A DNA stretch of 39,037 nucleotides from NCBI GenBank assembly GCA_031274845.1, contig JAISPN010000209.1, forward strand, positions 1 through 39,037. The letters run 5' to 3'. The position numbers and the translations under genes are program-made. The notes under the pieces are model-generated. The model did not search any database. It saw only the letters and a list, made by a program, of their open reading frames with translations, and was not told the origin of the DNA. Origin of the DNA: Acidobacteriaceae bacterium (GTDB taxonomy: Bacteria > Acidobacteriota > Vicinamibacteria > Vicinamibacterales > CAVVIG01). Positions 1 through 9,208 of this stretch are shown here, piece by piece. Numbering within the stretch: the first letter of the stretch is position 1; every line of letters starts with the position of its first letter.

Positions 1-761
1 AAGGGACCAAGTTCGACATCGGTGGCCGTGATGTCGGCAGTCGCGTTCTCGATGCCGTAGGTTCGCACCTGACGGGTGATGCGCGGCAGGATCTCCGCGA
101 CGTGCGGGTTGTCGACACAGCACACCACGGCGCCGTAGAACGGGACCTTGTTGGCAAAGTCGACAAACGCCTGCTGGAGATCGCCGAAGCTGCCGTAGCT
201 CTCAAGATGTTCGTGGTCGATGTTCGTCATCACCGCAATCGTCGGAAACAGTTTCAGGAACGACCGGTCGCTCTCGTCTGCTTCTGCCACCATCAACTCG
301 CCGCGGCCCAGCCTGGCGTTACTGCCAAACGCGCTCAGCCGTCCACCAATCACCGCCGTCGGATCGAGGCCGGCGCGTTCCAGCGCCAGCGCGATCATCG
401 AGGTCGTCGTCGTTTTGCCGTGCGCGCCCGCGACCGCAATCGCGTAGCGTAAACGCATCAGCTCCGCCAACATCTCGGCGCGCGGAATCACCGGAATCCC
501 GCACGCGACAGCCGCCATCACTTCCGGGTTCGACCGCTTCACTGCCGTCGACACCACCACGACATCGGCGTCCACGACATGCGAGGCGTCGTGCCCGATG
601 CGCACCTGCACACCGAGCGACGCGAGCCGCGCCGTCGCCTCAGACGCGCGCTCGTCGCTGCCGCTCACGATGTACCCGAGGTTGGCGAGCAGTTCGGCAA
701 TCCCGCTCATGCCGCTGCCGCCGACCCCGACGAAATGAATCCGCCGCGTCTTCCCTAACAC
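1..761 (-). CDS. murC: UDP-N-acetylmuramate--L-alanine ligase MurC, N-terminal ~253 codons (C-terminus lies beyond the left edge)
   Basis: Absent from the ORF track because it runs off the window. My minus-strand translation from GTG at 761 gives [30 protein letters not shown]...[20 protein letters not shown]...[12 protein letters not shown]...MTNIDHEHL. This shows a Mur-ligase Rossmann N-domain, a GKT P-loop and conserved central motifs. It starts 21 nt after the murG stop, at the canonical dcw position. Confidence 0.9.
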   Translation of the reverse strand, partial: MLGKTRRIHFVGVGGSGMSGIAELLANLGYIVSGSDERASEATARLASLGVQVRIGHDASHVVDADVVVVSTAVKRSNPEVMAAVACGIPVIPRAEMLAELMRLRYAIAVAGAHGKTTTTSMIALALERAGLDPTAVIGGRLSAFGSNARLGRGELMVAEADESDRSFLKLFPTIAVMTNIDHEHLESYGSFGDLQQAFVDFANKVPFYGAVVCCVDNPHVAEILPRITRQVRTYGIENATADITATDVELGP

Positions 762-782
762 CGCACCCTGCTCACCGCGCGG

Positions 783-1898
783 TCATCCGCGCGTCCCCGC
801 CATCGCCAACGCGCGATCGACGATGACGCGCGCCGCATCCGGCCGCGCCAGCCGCCGGGCCGCGTCAGCCATCTCGGCGCGCCGCGACGGATCGGACAGA
901 AGCCGTTCGATCCGTTCCGCCAGCACCGCGCCGGTGGCCTCCTTCTGCAACAACACGTCGGCCGCGCCGTTCGCTTCGAGCACTTCCGCGTTCTTGCGCT
1001 GGTGATCGTCGGTTGCCGTCGGCAACGGGATCACGATCGCCGGTCGCGCCGCCGCGGTGATCTCGGCGAGCGTCGTCGCGCCACCGCGACAGACGATCAG
1101 ATCGGCGTCCGCGATGCGACGGGACATGTCGTAGAGAAACGGCTCGACGGCCGCTGTCAGCCCCGCCTCTCGATACGCCGCGCGCACCATCTCCACATCA
1201 CGTTCTCCCGTCTGATGCGTAAGACGAAGTTGCGGCTGACGCGCCAGCACGGGCGCCGCTTCTACCATCGCCATGTTGATCGCGTGCGCGCCCTGAGACC
1301 CGCCAAAGACGAGCACCTTCGTCTCCTCGGCTGCCGCGTCCTGTTCATGCACCCTCGCGTACCGTTCGTTGCCGACCGCCACGAACTCGGGCCGGACCGG
1401 ATTGCCACTCACGAACGCCTTGCCTCCAAAAAATCCGGCTGTCGATTCGAACGTCACCGCCGCGGCGCCAACCACGCGCGCCAACAGGCGATTGGTCAAT
1501 CCCGGCACGGCGTTCTGTTCGAGCAACAGCGTCGGCACATGACGTAGCGCCGCGGCCATGACGACCGGCCCCGAGCTGTACCCGCCGACGCCAACCACGA
1601 GGTGCGGCCGCCGGTTCGACACGATGCGCCAGGCGTCCGCCAACCCGAGCGGCAAGAGGCCAACACCGCGCGCCAGCGCCGTGAGCGACTTGCCCTTCAA
1701 CCCGCTGCTGCGAATCGTGTCGAGCGTGAACCCTTCTTTCGGAATCACACGCGCCTCGATCCCCTGCGCCGTCCCCGCAAACGTCACCACCGCGTTCGGA
1801 CACCGCGCGAGCAGTTCGCGCGCGACGGCAATCCCTGGGAACAGGTGCCCGCCGGTGCCACCACCGGCAATCACCACGCGCAGTCCCTCGGTGCTCAT
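783..1898 (-). CDS. murG: Undecaprenyl-PP-MurNAc-pentapeptide UDP-GlcNAc transferase MurG
   Basis: 371-aa ORF with an N-terminal GGGTGGHLFPGIAVA glycine loop and a GGSQGA motif. GGAG Shine-Dalgarno just upstream of the ATG. dcw position between ftsW and murC. Confidence 0.95.
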   Translation of the reverse strand: MSTEGLRVVIAGGGTGGHLFPGIAVARELLARCPNAVVTFAGTAQGIEARVIPKEGFTLDTIRSSGLKGKSLTALARGVGLLPLGLADAWRIVSNRRPHLVVGVGGYSSGPVVMAAALRHVPTLLLEQNAVPGLTNRLLARVVGAAAVTFESTAGFFGGKAFVSGNPVRPEFVAVGNERYARVHEQDAAAEETKVLVFGGSQGAHAINMAMVEAAPVLARQPQLRLTHQTGERDVEMVRAAYREAGLTAAVEPFLYDMSRRIADADLIVCRGGATTLAEITAAARPAIVIPLPTATDDHQRKNAEVLEANGAADVLLQKEATGAVLAERIERLLSDPSRRAEMADAARRLARPDAARVIVDRALAMAGTRG

Positions 1899-1907
1899 CG
1901 CTCTCCG

Positions 1908-3008
1908 TCATCCTTCTGACGACACGTGCTGCGACACGTTTAGCAGCACACCCATGCCGATCATGTTGATGAGCAACGACGATCCGCCGTTGCTGACAAA
2001 GGGCAACGGAATCCCTTTCGTCGGCATCAACCCGAGCACCACGCTCATGTTGACGAACGCCTGCACCGCGACCATCGTCGTCAACCCGAGCGCCAGAAAC
2101 GCGCCGAACGTATCCGGCGCGCGCAGCGCGACGCGCAGACCGCGCCACGCGATGACAATGAAGCAGATCAACACCAACGTAGCGCCAATCAGTCCGAGCT
2201 CTTCGGCAATCACGGCAAAAATGAAATCGGTGTGCGGCTCCGGCAGGTAGAACAGCTTCTGCACGCCGTTCATGAGCCCTTTGCCGCTCATGCCGCCAGT
2301 GCCGACCGCGATGAGCGACTGAATGATCTGGAATCCGTCGCCGAGCGGATCTTCCCAAGGATTGAGAAACGTCAGCAGCCGGCGGCGCCGGTACGCGGCG
2401 CCCATCGCGATGTACGCCACGGCTGGCAGCAGCGCCAGCAGCGCGCCGACGATGTACGTGTAGTTCAGCCCGGCGGCAAAGATCATCACCGCCGCGATGA
2501 TCGCCAGCGACATCGACGTGCCGAAGTCGGGTTCGAGCAAGATCAGTCCCACCAGCACGCCGACGACAAGGCCAATCGGCAGCACCGCATATCCCAGCTC
2601 GTTGATGCGGTCGCGCCGCCGTTCGAGCATCGACGCGATGAAGAAGATGGCCGCCAGCTTCGCAAGCTCCGACGGCTGGACGCCGAGTCCGCCGACGCTG
2701 AACCAGCGGCGCGCGCTGTTGACGGGCGCCGAAAACAACACGGCCACCAGACAGAGCGTCACCACGGCCAGACACGACCAGATGAACACCGGCTCGCGGT
2801 AGTGCCGGTAGTCGACGCGCATGACGGCCCACAGCAGCGCCAGCCCCAGCGTGGCCCACATGATCTGCTTGGTCAGGAAGAAATAGGGCTGCTGATAGCG
2901 CTCCATGGCGACGGCCGCCGACGCGCTATAGACCATGACGACGCTCAGGCACACCAGCAGAATGGTGGCGGTGAACAGCGTCTGATCGGATTTAAGTTTT
3001 CTTGCCAT
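1908..3008 (-). CDS. ftsW: SEDS-family peptidoglycan glycosyltransferase / cell division protein FtsW
   Basis: 366-aa polytopic membrane ORF with SEDS signatures (QPSELAKL, EPDFGT, LPEPHTDFIFAVIAEELG). dcw position between murD and murG. Confidence 0.9.
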   Translation of the reverse strand: MARKLKSDQTLFTATILLVCLSVVMVYSASAAVAMERYQQPYFFLTKQIMWATLGLALLWAVMRVDYRHYREPVFIWSCLAVVTLCLVAVLFSAPVNSARRWFSVGGLGVQPSELAKLAAIFFIASMLERRRDRINELGYAVLPIGLVVGVLVGLILLEPDFGTSMSLAIIAAVMIFAAGLNYTYIVGALLALLPAVAYIAMGAAYRRRRLLTFLNPWEDPLGDGFQIIQSLIAVGTGGMSGKGLMNGVQKLFYLPEPHTDFIFAVIAEELGLIGATLVLICFIVIAWRGLRVALRAPDTFGAFLALGLTTMVAVQAFVNMSVVLGLMPTKGIPLPFVSNGGSSLLINMIGMGVLLNVSQHVSSEG

Positions 3009-3052
3009 CGCAGCCTATAAAGCTTTCCCGGAAACGGCCGACATACTGTTTG

Positions 3053-3175
3053 TAGCGATCAGCGGTCGTCAGTTGGCCATTGGATGGAGGCACCAGCTTC
3101 GCAGGCCGGGGTAGCCTGCTTTCCCAGCAGCCAATCCTTCATCGCGAATGACCAACTGACGACCGCTCATCGCTA
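3053..3175. repeat. Imperfect 29-bp inverted repeat (arms 3053-3081 and 3147-3175, 27/29 complementary) enclosing 65 nt, in the murD-ftsW spacer
   Basis: Base-by-base pairing done by hand: tagcgatCagcggtcgtcagttggCcatt against aatgAccaactgacgaccgctCatcgcta. The interior contains two mutually exclusive small hairpins (gcaggc-N7-gcctgc at 3101-3119; ctgct-N5-agcag at 3116-3130). No U/T run follows on either strand. Confidence 0.7.
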
Positions 3176-3200
3176 GAACGGCGCGGCCGTCACCCATGAC

Positions 3201-4553
3201 CTACGCCAGATTCCGCACCGCCGCCCTGAACCGATCGCCACGATCCGCGTAGTCGCGGAACATGTCGAAGCTCGCGCACGCGGGCGCGAGCAACACGACA
3301 CCGCCCGGCGGCGCCAAATCGCGCGCCGTCCTCACCGCATCGTCCATCAACGTCCCGTCACGAATCGTCACGACATCTCCAAGCACTTCGTGCAGGAGCG
3401 GCGTCGCCTCGCCGATGGCCACCACCGCCGTCGCGCGCGCGCGAAGCGGCTCACGCAACACCCGGAGATCGCCGCCCTTGAACTGACCGCCCATGATCAC
3501 GACCAGCCCGCGCTCGAAGCTCTCGATCGACTTGAGCGCCGCATCGACGTTCGTCGCCTTCGAGTCGTTCACGAACCTGACGTGGCCCGGCGCGTCGACG
3601 ACTTCCATCGCGTGCGCCAGACCGCGAAAACCCTCGACCGCCGCCGTCATCGCCTCGCGGCTGGCGCCAGTAATCGCACCCACCGTGGCCGCCGCCATCA
3701 CATCGTCGACCAGATGCGGACCGATGAGATGAATGGCCGACATCGGCACGAGCGGCGTGACCTCGTGCGCCGCGCGAGACACAATCCATCCGTCCTCAAT
3801 CGTCGTGCCCGCGTCCGGCGCATGCCGCCGCGAAAACATCACCCGTCGCGCGCGATGGTGCCGCACCAGTTCGAGCACCGACGGATCGTCAGCGTTCACC
3901 ACCGCCCAATCGTCTGGCGTCTGGTTCTCAAAGACCCTCGCCTTGGCCGCGCTGTACTCGTCGAGCGTCCGGTGACGATTGAGGTGATCGGGCGAGAGGT
4001 TCAACATCACCGCGATCCACGGCTTGAAGGTCTCAATCGCTTCGAGCTGAAAACTGCTCACCTCGACCACGTGTACCGTGTCCGGCGTCGACTCGTCCAC
4101 CTGACCGCTCAGTGGCGTCCCGATGTTGCCGCCGACCGTCACGCGATGACCGGCTTGCTCCAACATCCGTCCAATCAGCGTCGTCGTCGTCGATTTCCCT
4201 TTCGTGCCGGTAATCGCCACGATCCGCCCTAGTAACCACCTCGATGCCAACTCAATCTCGCTGACGATCGGCACACCCTTGGCGCGGGCTGTCGCAAACA
4301 CCGCCTGCTCCGGCGGCACGCCCGGACTCATCACGACGAGATCGGCCGCGGCAAACGTCTCCGCGCGATGCCCGCCCAGTTCGAGCGCGACGCCTTCGTC
4401 GCGCAACATCGCCACTTCGGCGAAGTCAGGCTTCTGCTCCGACAGCGTCACGATCGCTCCACGGCGCGCCAGGAGCCGCGCGGCAGCCACGCCGCTTCGC
4501 GCGGCTCCGGCCACGGCCACACGCTTGCCCGCCACGGAAAACGCGGAGTCCAC
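3201..4553 (-). CDS. murD: UDP-N-acetylmuramoylalanine--D-glutamate ligase MurD
   Basis: 450-aa ORF with a GTG start. N-terminal VAVAGAARSGVAAARLL dinucleotide-type fold, ITGTKGKSTTTTL P-loop, NLSPDHLNRH motif. dcw position. Confidence 0.93.
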   Translation of the reverse strand: MDSAFSVAGKRVAVAGAARSGVAAARLLARRGAIVTLSEQKPDFAEVAMLRDEGVALELGGHRAETFAAADLVVMSPGVPPEQAVFATARAKGVPIVSEIELASRWLLGRIVAITGTKGKSTTTTLIGRMLEQAGHRVTVGGNIGTPLSGQVDESTPDTVHVVEVSSFQLEAIETFKPWIAVMLNLSPDHLNRHRTLDEYSAAKARVFENQTPDDWAVVNADDPSVLELVRHHRARRVMFSRRHAPDAGTTIEDGWIVSRAAHEVTPLVPMSAIHLIGPHLVDDVMAAATVGAITGASREAMTAAVEGFRGLAHAMEVVDAPGHVRFVNDSKATNVDAALKSIESFERGLVVIMGGQFKGGDLRVLREPLRARATAVVAIGEATPLLHEVLGDVVTIRDGTLMDDAVRTARDLAPPGGVVLLAPACASFDMFRDYADRGDRFRAAVRNLA

Positions 4554-4554
4554 G

Positions 4555-5640
4555 TCACCTCAACTTCAACGTCGTCAGGCTGAAGAGCCCGAAGACAATG
4601 GCCACAATCACAAACCGCGTGATGACTTTGGGTTCGCTCCATCCCGAGAGCTCGAAGTGATGATGGAGCGGCGCCATCCGGAACACGCGCTTGCCCGTCA
4701 ACTTGAACGACGCCACCTGGATGACGACGGAGAGCTCTTCGAGCACGAAGATGCCGCCAACCACGCCGAGGAGCAGTTCCTGCTTGATCAACACGGCAAC
4801 GGTGGCGAGCGCCGCGCCGAGCGCCAGCGACCCCACGTCGCCCATGAAAATTTCCGCCGGGTACGCGTTGTACCAAAGGAAGCCGAGCGACGCGCCAACC
4901 AACGCGCCGCAGAACACGGTCAACTCCGCGGACTGCGGAAAGCGCACGAGCAGCAGGTAGTCGGCGAGGACGCGATGGCCAGTCACGTACGCAAGCGCCG
5001 TCAGCACGGAGGCGGCAATCGCAAACGTGCTGATCGCCAGACCGTCGAGACCGTCGGTCAGGTTGACGGCGTTCGACCACGCGCACAGGTTGAAGACGAC
5101 AAACGGCAGATACCAGAACCCCAGATCCGGAATGAGCCACTTGAAGAACGGAAAGATGAGCCGCGTGTTGTACTCGCCGCGATGCGCGAGCGCGAGCAGC
5201 GCGATGCCGACGCCTGTCGCCACGACAATCTGCAACGCCAGCTTGTACCGTGGCAGCAGCCCGTGATGATTGCGCCGCACGATCTTCAGGTAGTCGTCGG
5301 CGAATCCAATGGCGCCGAACAGCACCGTCGTGAGCAGCGCAATCCAGACATACGGGTTGGTGAGCCGCGCCCACAACAACGTCGGCACAATCGCGGCGGC
5401 AAGAATCAGCAGGCCGCCCATCGTCGGCGTTCCCGCTTTCGGACGATGGCTGGTGGGCCCTTCCTGACGGATCACCTGCCCGACCTGAAACGCGCGCAGC
5501 GTACGGATGAGCCACGGCCCGAGCGACAAACTGATCGCCAGCGCGGACAGACTCGCCGCCGCGGTGCGGAACGTGATGTATTGCACCACATTCAACACCG
5601 AGAACTGCGTGTGCAACGGATACAGGAGGTGATACAGCAT
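4555..5640 (-). CDS. mraY: Phospho-N-acetylmuramoyl-pentapeptide transferase MraY
   Basis: 361-aa membrane ORF with DDYLKI, NLTDGLDGLA, MGDVGSLALG and APLHHHFEL motifs. One nt separates its stop from the murD start. Confidence 0.95.
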   Translation of the reverse strand: MLYHLLYPLHTQFSVLNVVQYITFRTAAASLSALAISLSLGPWLIRTLRAFQVGQVIRQEGPTSHRPKAGTPTMGGLLILAAAIVPTLLWARLTNPYVWIALLTTVLFGAIGFADDYLKIVRRNHHGLLPRYKLALQIVVATGVGIALLALAHRGEYNTRLIFPFFKWLIPDLGFWYLPFVVFNLCAWSNAVNLTDGLDGLAISTFAIAASVLTALAYVTGHRVLADYLLLVRFPQSAELTVFCGALVGASLGFLWYNAYPAEIFMGDVGSLALGAALATVAVLIKQELLLGVVGGIFVLEELSVVIQVASFKLTGKRVFRMAPLHHHFELSGWSEPKVITRFVIVAIVFGLFSLTTLKLR

Positions 5641-5645
5641 CGCGT

Positions 5646-7169
5646 TTACGACACACCGGAGTTGCTGCGTTTACGGTCGAGCGCCTCGTGCGCCACCGCG
5701 GCATCGTCAAAAGGAAACACCTCTCTGCCGATCACCTGATTTTTTTCGTGCCCCTTGCCGGCAATCAGCACGAGATCGCCCGCGCGCGCCAGCGCAATGG
5801 CTTTGTCAATCGCCTCGCGCCGATCGACGATAGCCAGAATCCGTTGCGCGCTGTCACGACGGGTATCCGGCGTAATGCCGCGCTGCACTTCCTCGATGAT
5901 CCGCGCGGGATCTTCGCTGCGCGGGTTGTCAGACGTGATGATGATGACGTCGCTCAGACGTCCCGCGACGGCGCCCATCAGCGGACGCTTCGTGCGATCG
6001 CGATCGCCGCCGCACCCGAACACCGTCAGAAGACGCCCCTGCGCGAGCGGGCGCGCCGTCTCCAGCAGATTCCTCAGCGCATCGTCGGTATGGGCATAGT
6101 CGACAACGACCGTCACGTCGTCGCGCTCGCTCGACACCACCTGAAATCGTCCCGGCACGCCGTCGAGTGTCGCGACGCCCTGCTCGATCGCCGGAAGCGG
6201 CAACCCGAGTGACGAGGCCGTCGCCACGGAGGCGAGGATGTTGTAGACATTCGGCCGCCCGACGAGCGACGACTGAATCTGCAACGTGCCGCGCGGCGTC
6301 CGCACGTCGAACGACAACCCTCGCAGCGAAAAGGACAACGGCCCCGGCGTCACGTCCGCGGGACGGCTGATCGCGTAGGTCACCGGTTGTTTCGCGACGT
6401 CCGCGAGCGTTGCCCCGCGTGGATCGTCGAGGTTGATCACGCTCGGCGCGTCATCGGGCAGCATGTCGAACAGCCGCCGCTTCGCCTGAAAGTACGCCTC
6501 CATGTCGGCGTGGAAGTCGAGATGATCGCGCGTGAGGTTCGTAAACACACCGGCGGCAAAACGCACGCCGTCCACGCGGTGCAACGACAGCGCGTGCGAC
6601 GACACTTCCATCGCGCAGGCGCCGCAGCCGGCGTCGACCATCTCGCGAAACAGGCTCTGCACTTCAGTGGCTTCCGGTGTCGTGTGCGTCGCCTCGCGCA
6701 TCTTCTGACCGATGCGATAGCCGACCGTGCCCACAAGCCCGCACGGAATGCCCGCCGCATCGAACATCGACGCGGTTAAATACGCCGTGGTCGTTTTTCC
6801 GTTGGTCCCCGTGATGCCGACGACCCGCATCGCGCGGCTCGGATGTCCGGCGTGTTCCGCCGCCAGGAGCGCGAGCGCACGGCGCGCATCGCTGACCACC
6901 AGCCACGCCACATCGATCGTGCCCGGCGCCGGCTGTGCCGCCACCACCGCGACGGCGCCACGCGCCACCGCTTCGGTCGCATAGCGAACGCCGTCGTCGT
7001 GCTGACCAAGAAGCGCCACGAACACGTTGCCGGCCGTCACGCGACGCGAATCGCAAGCAATGCCCGTCACGGTCGCCTGACCGCATTCGCCCGCTCGCGC
7101 GCTGTCCGTTCCTCTGTAGCTCAGAAGATCGTGAGCGCGCAGCACGGCAAGGCAGTCGTTCCACGTCAT
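5646..7169 (-). CDS. murE: UDP-MurNAc-L-Ala-D-Glu--2,6-diaminopimelate ligase MurE (DNPR motif suggests meso-DAP type)
   Basis: 507-aa ORF with GITGTNGKTTT P-loop, HTTPEA, TNLTRDHLDFH and ITSDNPRSEDP (DNPR) motifs. ATGA overlap with the ftsI stop. Confidence 0.93.
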   Translation of the reverse strand: MTWNDCLAVLRAHDLLSYRGTDSARAGECGQATVTGIACDSRRVTAGNVFVALLGQHDDGVRYATEAVARGAVAVVAAQPAPGTIDVAWLVVSDARRALALLAAEHAGHPSRAMRVVGITGTNGKTTTAYLTASMFDAAGIPCGLVGTVGYRIGQKMREATHTTPEATEVQSLFREMVDAGCGACAMEVSSHALSLHRVDGVRFAAGVFTNLTRDHLDFHADMEAYFQAKRRLFDMLPDDAPSVINLDDPRGATLADVAKQPVTYAISRPADVTPGPLSFSLRGLSFDVRTPRGTLQIQSSLVGRPNVYNILASVATASSLGLPLPAIEQGVATLDGVPGRFQVVSSERDDVTVVVDYAHTDDALRNLLETARPLAQGRLLTVFGCGGDRDRTKRPLMGAVAGRLSDVIIITSDNPRSEDPARIIEEVQRGITPDTRRDSAQRILAIVDRREAIDKAIALARAGDLVLIAGKGHEKNQVIGREVFPFDDAAVAHEALDRKRSNSGVS

Positions 7170-9208
7170 GGCGCCGCCGTGGATGAACGTTGCGGCGTGC
7201 GATCGAGCGTCAGCTCGCAGGCCAGACCTTCGACAATCGGTTCACCGGGCAATGGGTGCTGCGCGATCACATAGCCGTTGCCGGAGAGGCGTGCCGTCAA
7301 CCCAGCGGCGACGATCTTCCGCGTCGCCTCGCGCGCGCTCAACCCGATGACGCTCGGCACCGTCCCCGGCACATCCTCGACGCTCTCGGTATGCGACGTA
7401 TCGAGCGCCTCAACCACCGGCAGGCTGTCCGTGTCTTCTTGCCGGACAAGGACCGGCGGCGCCGGATTGATCGACGGCGCGACGCCGAGATACCGCAACG
7501 TCGTTTCGGCAATCCGCTTGAAGATCGGCGCCGACACCGGCCCGCCGAAATGTCCGTTCGGCCCGCGTGGAGAATCGAGCACCACCAGAATGGTGACCAC
7601 GGGATTACGCGACGGCAGGAAGCCGACAAACGAGGCGTACGTGTCGAGACTGTAGCGGCCGTTCACCAACTTATTGGCCGTGCCGGTTTTTCCCGCCACG
7701 CTGTAGCCAGCGATCTTCGCGAGCGTGCCGGTGCCGTGCTCGACGACGTTCTCCATGATCCCGGTCATCGAGGCGGCGGTGTCCGCGCCGATGATGCGTC
7801 GCAACGACTTCGGCTTCACCTGAAAGCGGCGATTGTCGCGGTACTCCGCGCGCACGACGCGCGGCTCCACGTACTCGCCGCCGTTGGCGACGGCGCTCAC
7901 GGCCGACACCATCTGCAGCGGCGTCACGCCAACCTGATACCCCATCGACACCGACGCCAGCGCGCTGTCGGTCCACTTCGCGCGGTCCCAGACGATGCCG
8001 GGGCTCTCCGACGGAAAATCGGGCGACACCGGATGGCCGAAGCCAAAGCGCTGCACGTAATCGCTCAAGCGATCGGTGCCGAGCTTGAATCCGATCTTGA
8101 TCGCGCCGACATTGCTCGACTTGACGATGACGTCCTGAAACGAGAGGACGCCGTAGTCGTGCGTATCACGAACAATGCGTGGGCCGATCTGAATCCGTCC
8201 GCCGCGGACATCGATCATCGTGTCGATCGGCATCAGCCGCTCTTCGATCGCGCCCGACGCCGTGACGACCTTGAAGGTCGATCCCGGCTCGTACAAATCC
8301 TGCACCGCGCGATTCCGCCGTTCGATCTGCGTCGAATCGCGATAGGCATTCGGATCGAACGTCGGTTCGTTCGCCATCGCCAGAATCTCGCCGGTGTGCG
8401 GGTCCATGACGAGCGCCGTCCCGCCGAGCGCGTGGTTCTGCACCACACCCGCGTGCAGCTCACGCTCGACGACGTGCTGCAGATACTCGTCGATCGACAA
8501 CTCAATCGACGCGCCCGCCGTTGGCGGACGTTCCGATCGGCTGAAGGCGTGCCGCTTCGCGTCGGTCTGGACGAGAACCTTGCCCTCCTTGCCACGGATC
8601 TGCGAGTCGTACGCGGATTCAATGCCCGCGAGTCCACGGTTGTCGAGACCGACAAAGCCGAGCACGTGCGACGCCAGTTCCTTCGCGGGGTAATACCTCC
8701 GGCTTTCCTTCGTGAAGCCGATGCCATCGAGGTTGAGCGCCTTGACGCGCTCGGCTACTTCGTCGGAGACCTGACGGCGGATGTAGGCGAAATTGCGCTG
8801 ATGTTGCAGCCGATCGATTAAATCAGCGCGCTCTTTCGCCGTGCAGTCACCGAGCGCACCGCAGATCTTCGTCACCCACGCGCGCTCGTCGGTGACGGCG
8901 GAGGGCACCACGAAGATCGTCGCCGCGTCGACGCTCGTCGCAAGCACACGTCCCTGACGATCGACGATGTCGCCGCGTTTGGCTGGGGGCTTGAACGTCT
9001 GCGACTGCTGACGCGTCGCGCGGTCAGCAAGATCGGCGCGATCGACGACCTGCAGGTAGACAAGACGCGCTTCGATGCCGGCGGCCCACGTGAGCAGCAA
9101 GCACGCCGTCACCACCACGCGCCGCTGCAGCGTCGAACGCCAATCAGCGGGCGCGGCGCCGGCCGCGTCAGTGCGTTTGGTCCCCGGGCGCGTAAACACG
9201 CGATTCAC
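7166..9208 (-). CDS. ftsI: Class B penicillin-binding protein (FtsI-type transpeptidase) with a C-terminal PASTA domain
   Basis: 680-aa ORF with an N-terminal TM helix. Transpeptidase motifs are STFK (SxxK), SSN (SxN) and KTGT (KTG). The C-terminal VPSVIGLSAREATRKIVAAGLTARLSGNGYVIAQHPLPGEPIVEG matches the PASTA pattern. GTGA overlap with the ftsL stop. Confidence 0.9.
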   Translation of the reverse strand: MNRVFTRPGTKRTDAAGAAPADWRSTLQRRVVVTACLLLTWAAGIEARLVYLQVVDRADLADRATRQQSQTFKPPAKRGDIVDRQGRVLATSVDAATIFVVPSAVTDERAWVTKICGALGDCTAKERADLIDRLQHQRNFAYIRRQVSDEVAERVKALNLDGIGFTKESRRYYPAKELASHVLGFVGLDNRGLAGIESAYDSQIRGKEGKVLVQTDAKRHAFSRSERPPTAGASIELSIDEYLQHVVERELHAGVVQNHALGGTALVMDPHTGEILAMANEPTFDPNAYRDSTQIERRNRAVQDLYEPGSTFKVVTASGAIEERLMPIDTMIDVRGGRIQIGPRIVRDTHDYGVLSFQDVIVKSSNVGAIKIGFKLGTDRLSDYVQRFGFGHPVSPDFPSESPGIVWDRAKWTDSALASVSMGYQVGVTPLQMVSAVSAVANGGEYVEPRVVRAEYRDNRRFQVKPKSLRRIIGADTAASMTGIMENVVEHGTGTLAKIAGYSVAGKTGTANKLVNGRYSLDTYASFVGFLPSRNPVVTILVVLDSPRGPNGHFGGPVSAPIFKRIAETTLRYLGVAPSINPAPPVLVRQEDTDSLPVVEALDTSHTESVEDVPGTVPSVIGLSAREATRKIVAAGLTARLSGNGYVIAQHPLPGEPIVEGLACELTLDRTPQRSSTAAP

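Noticed and set aside
1345-2859. 504-aa ORF in another frame of the minus strand across murG/ftsW. Similar long ORFs occur at 4204-5739(+), 4448-5710(-), 7190-8821(+), 12743-13936(-), 15062-16120(-), 19206-20291(-), 20282-21220(-), 23159-24100(-), 33917-35104(+) and 37003-38718(+).
   Set aside because: All of them overlap genes with unmistakable family motifs on the other strand or frame. Their translations are Arg/Ala/Gly/His/Asp-rich low-information strings typical of stop-codon-poor alternative frames in high-GC DNA. None shows any recognisable motif.
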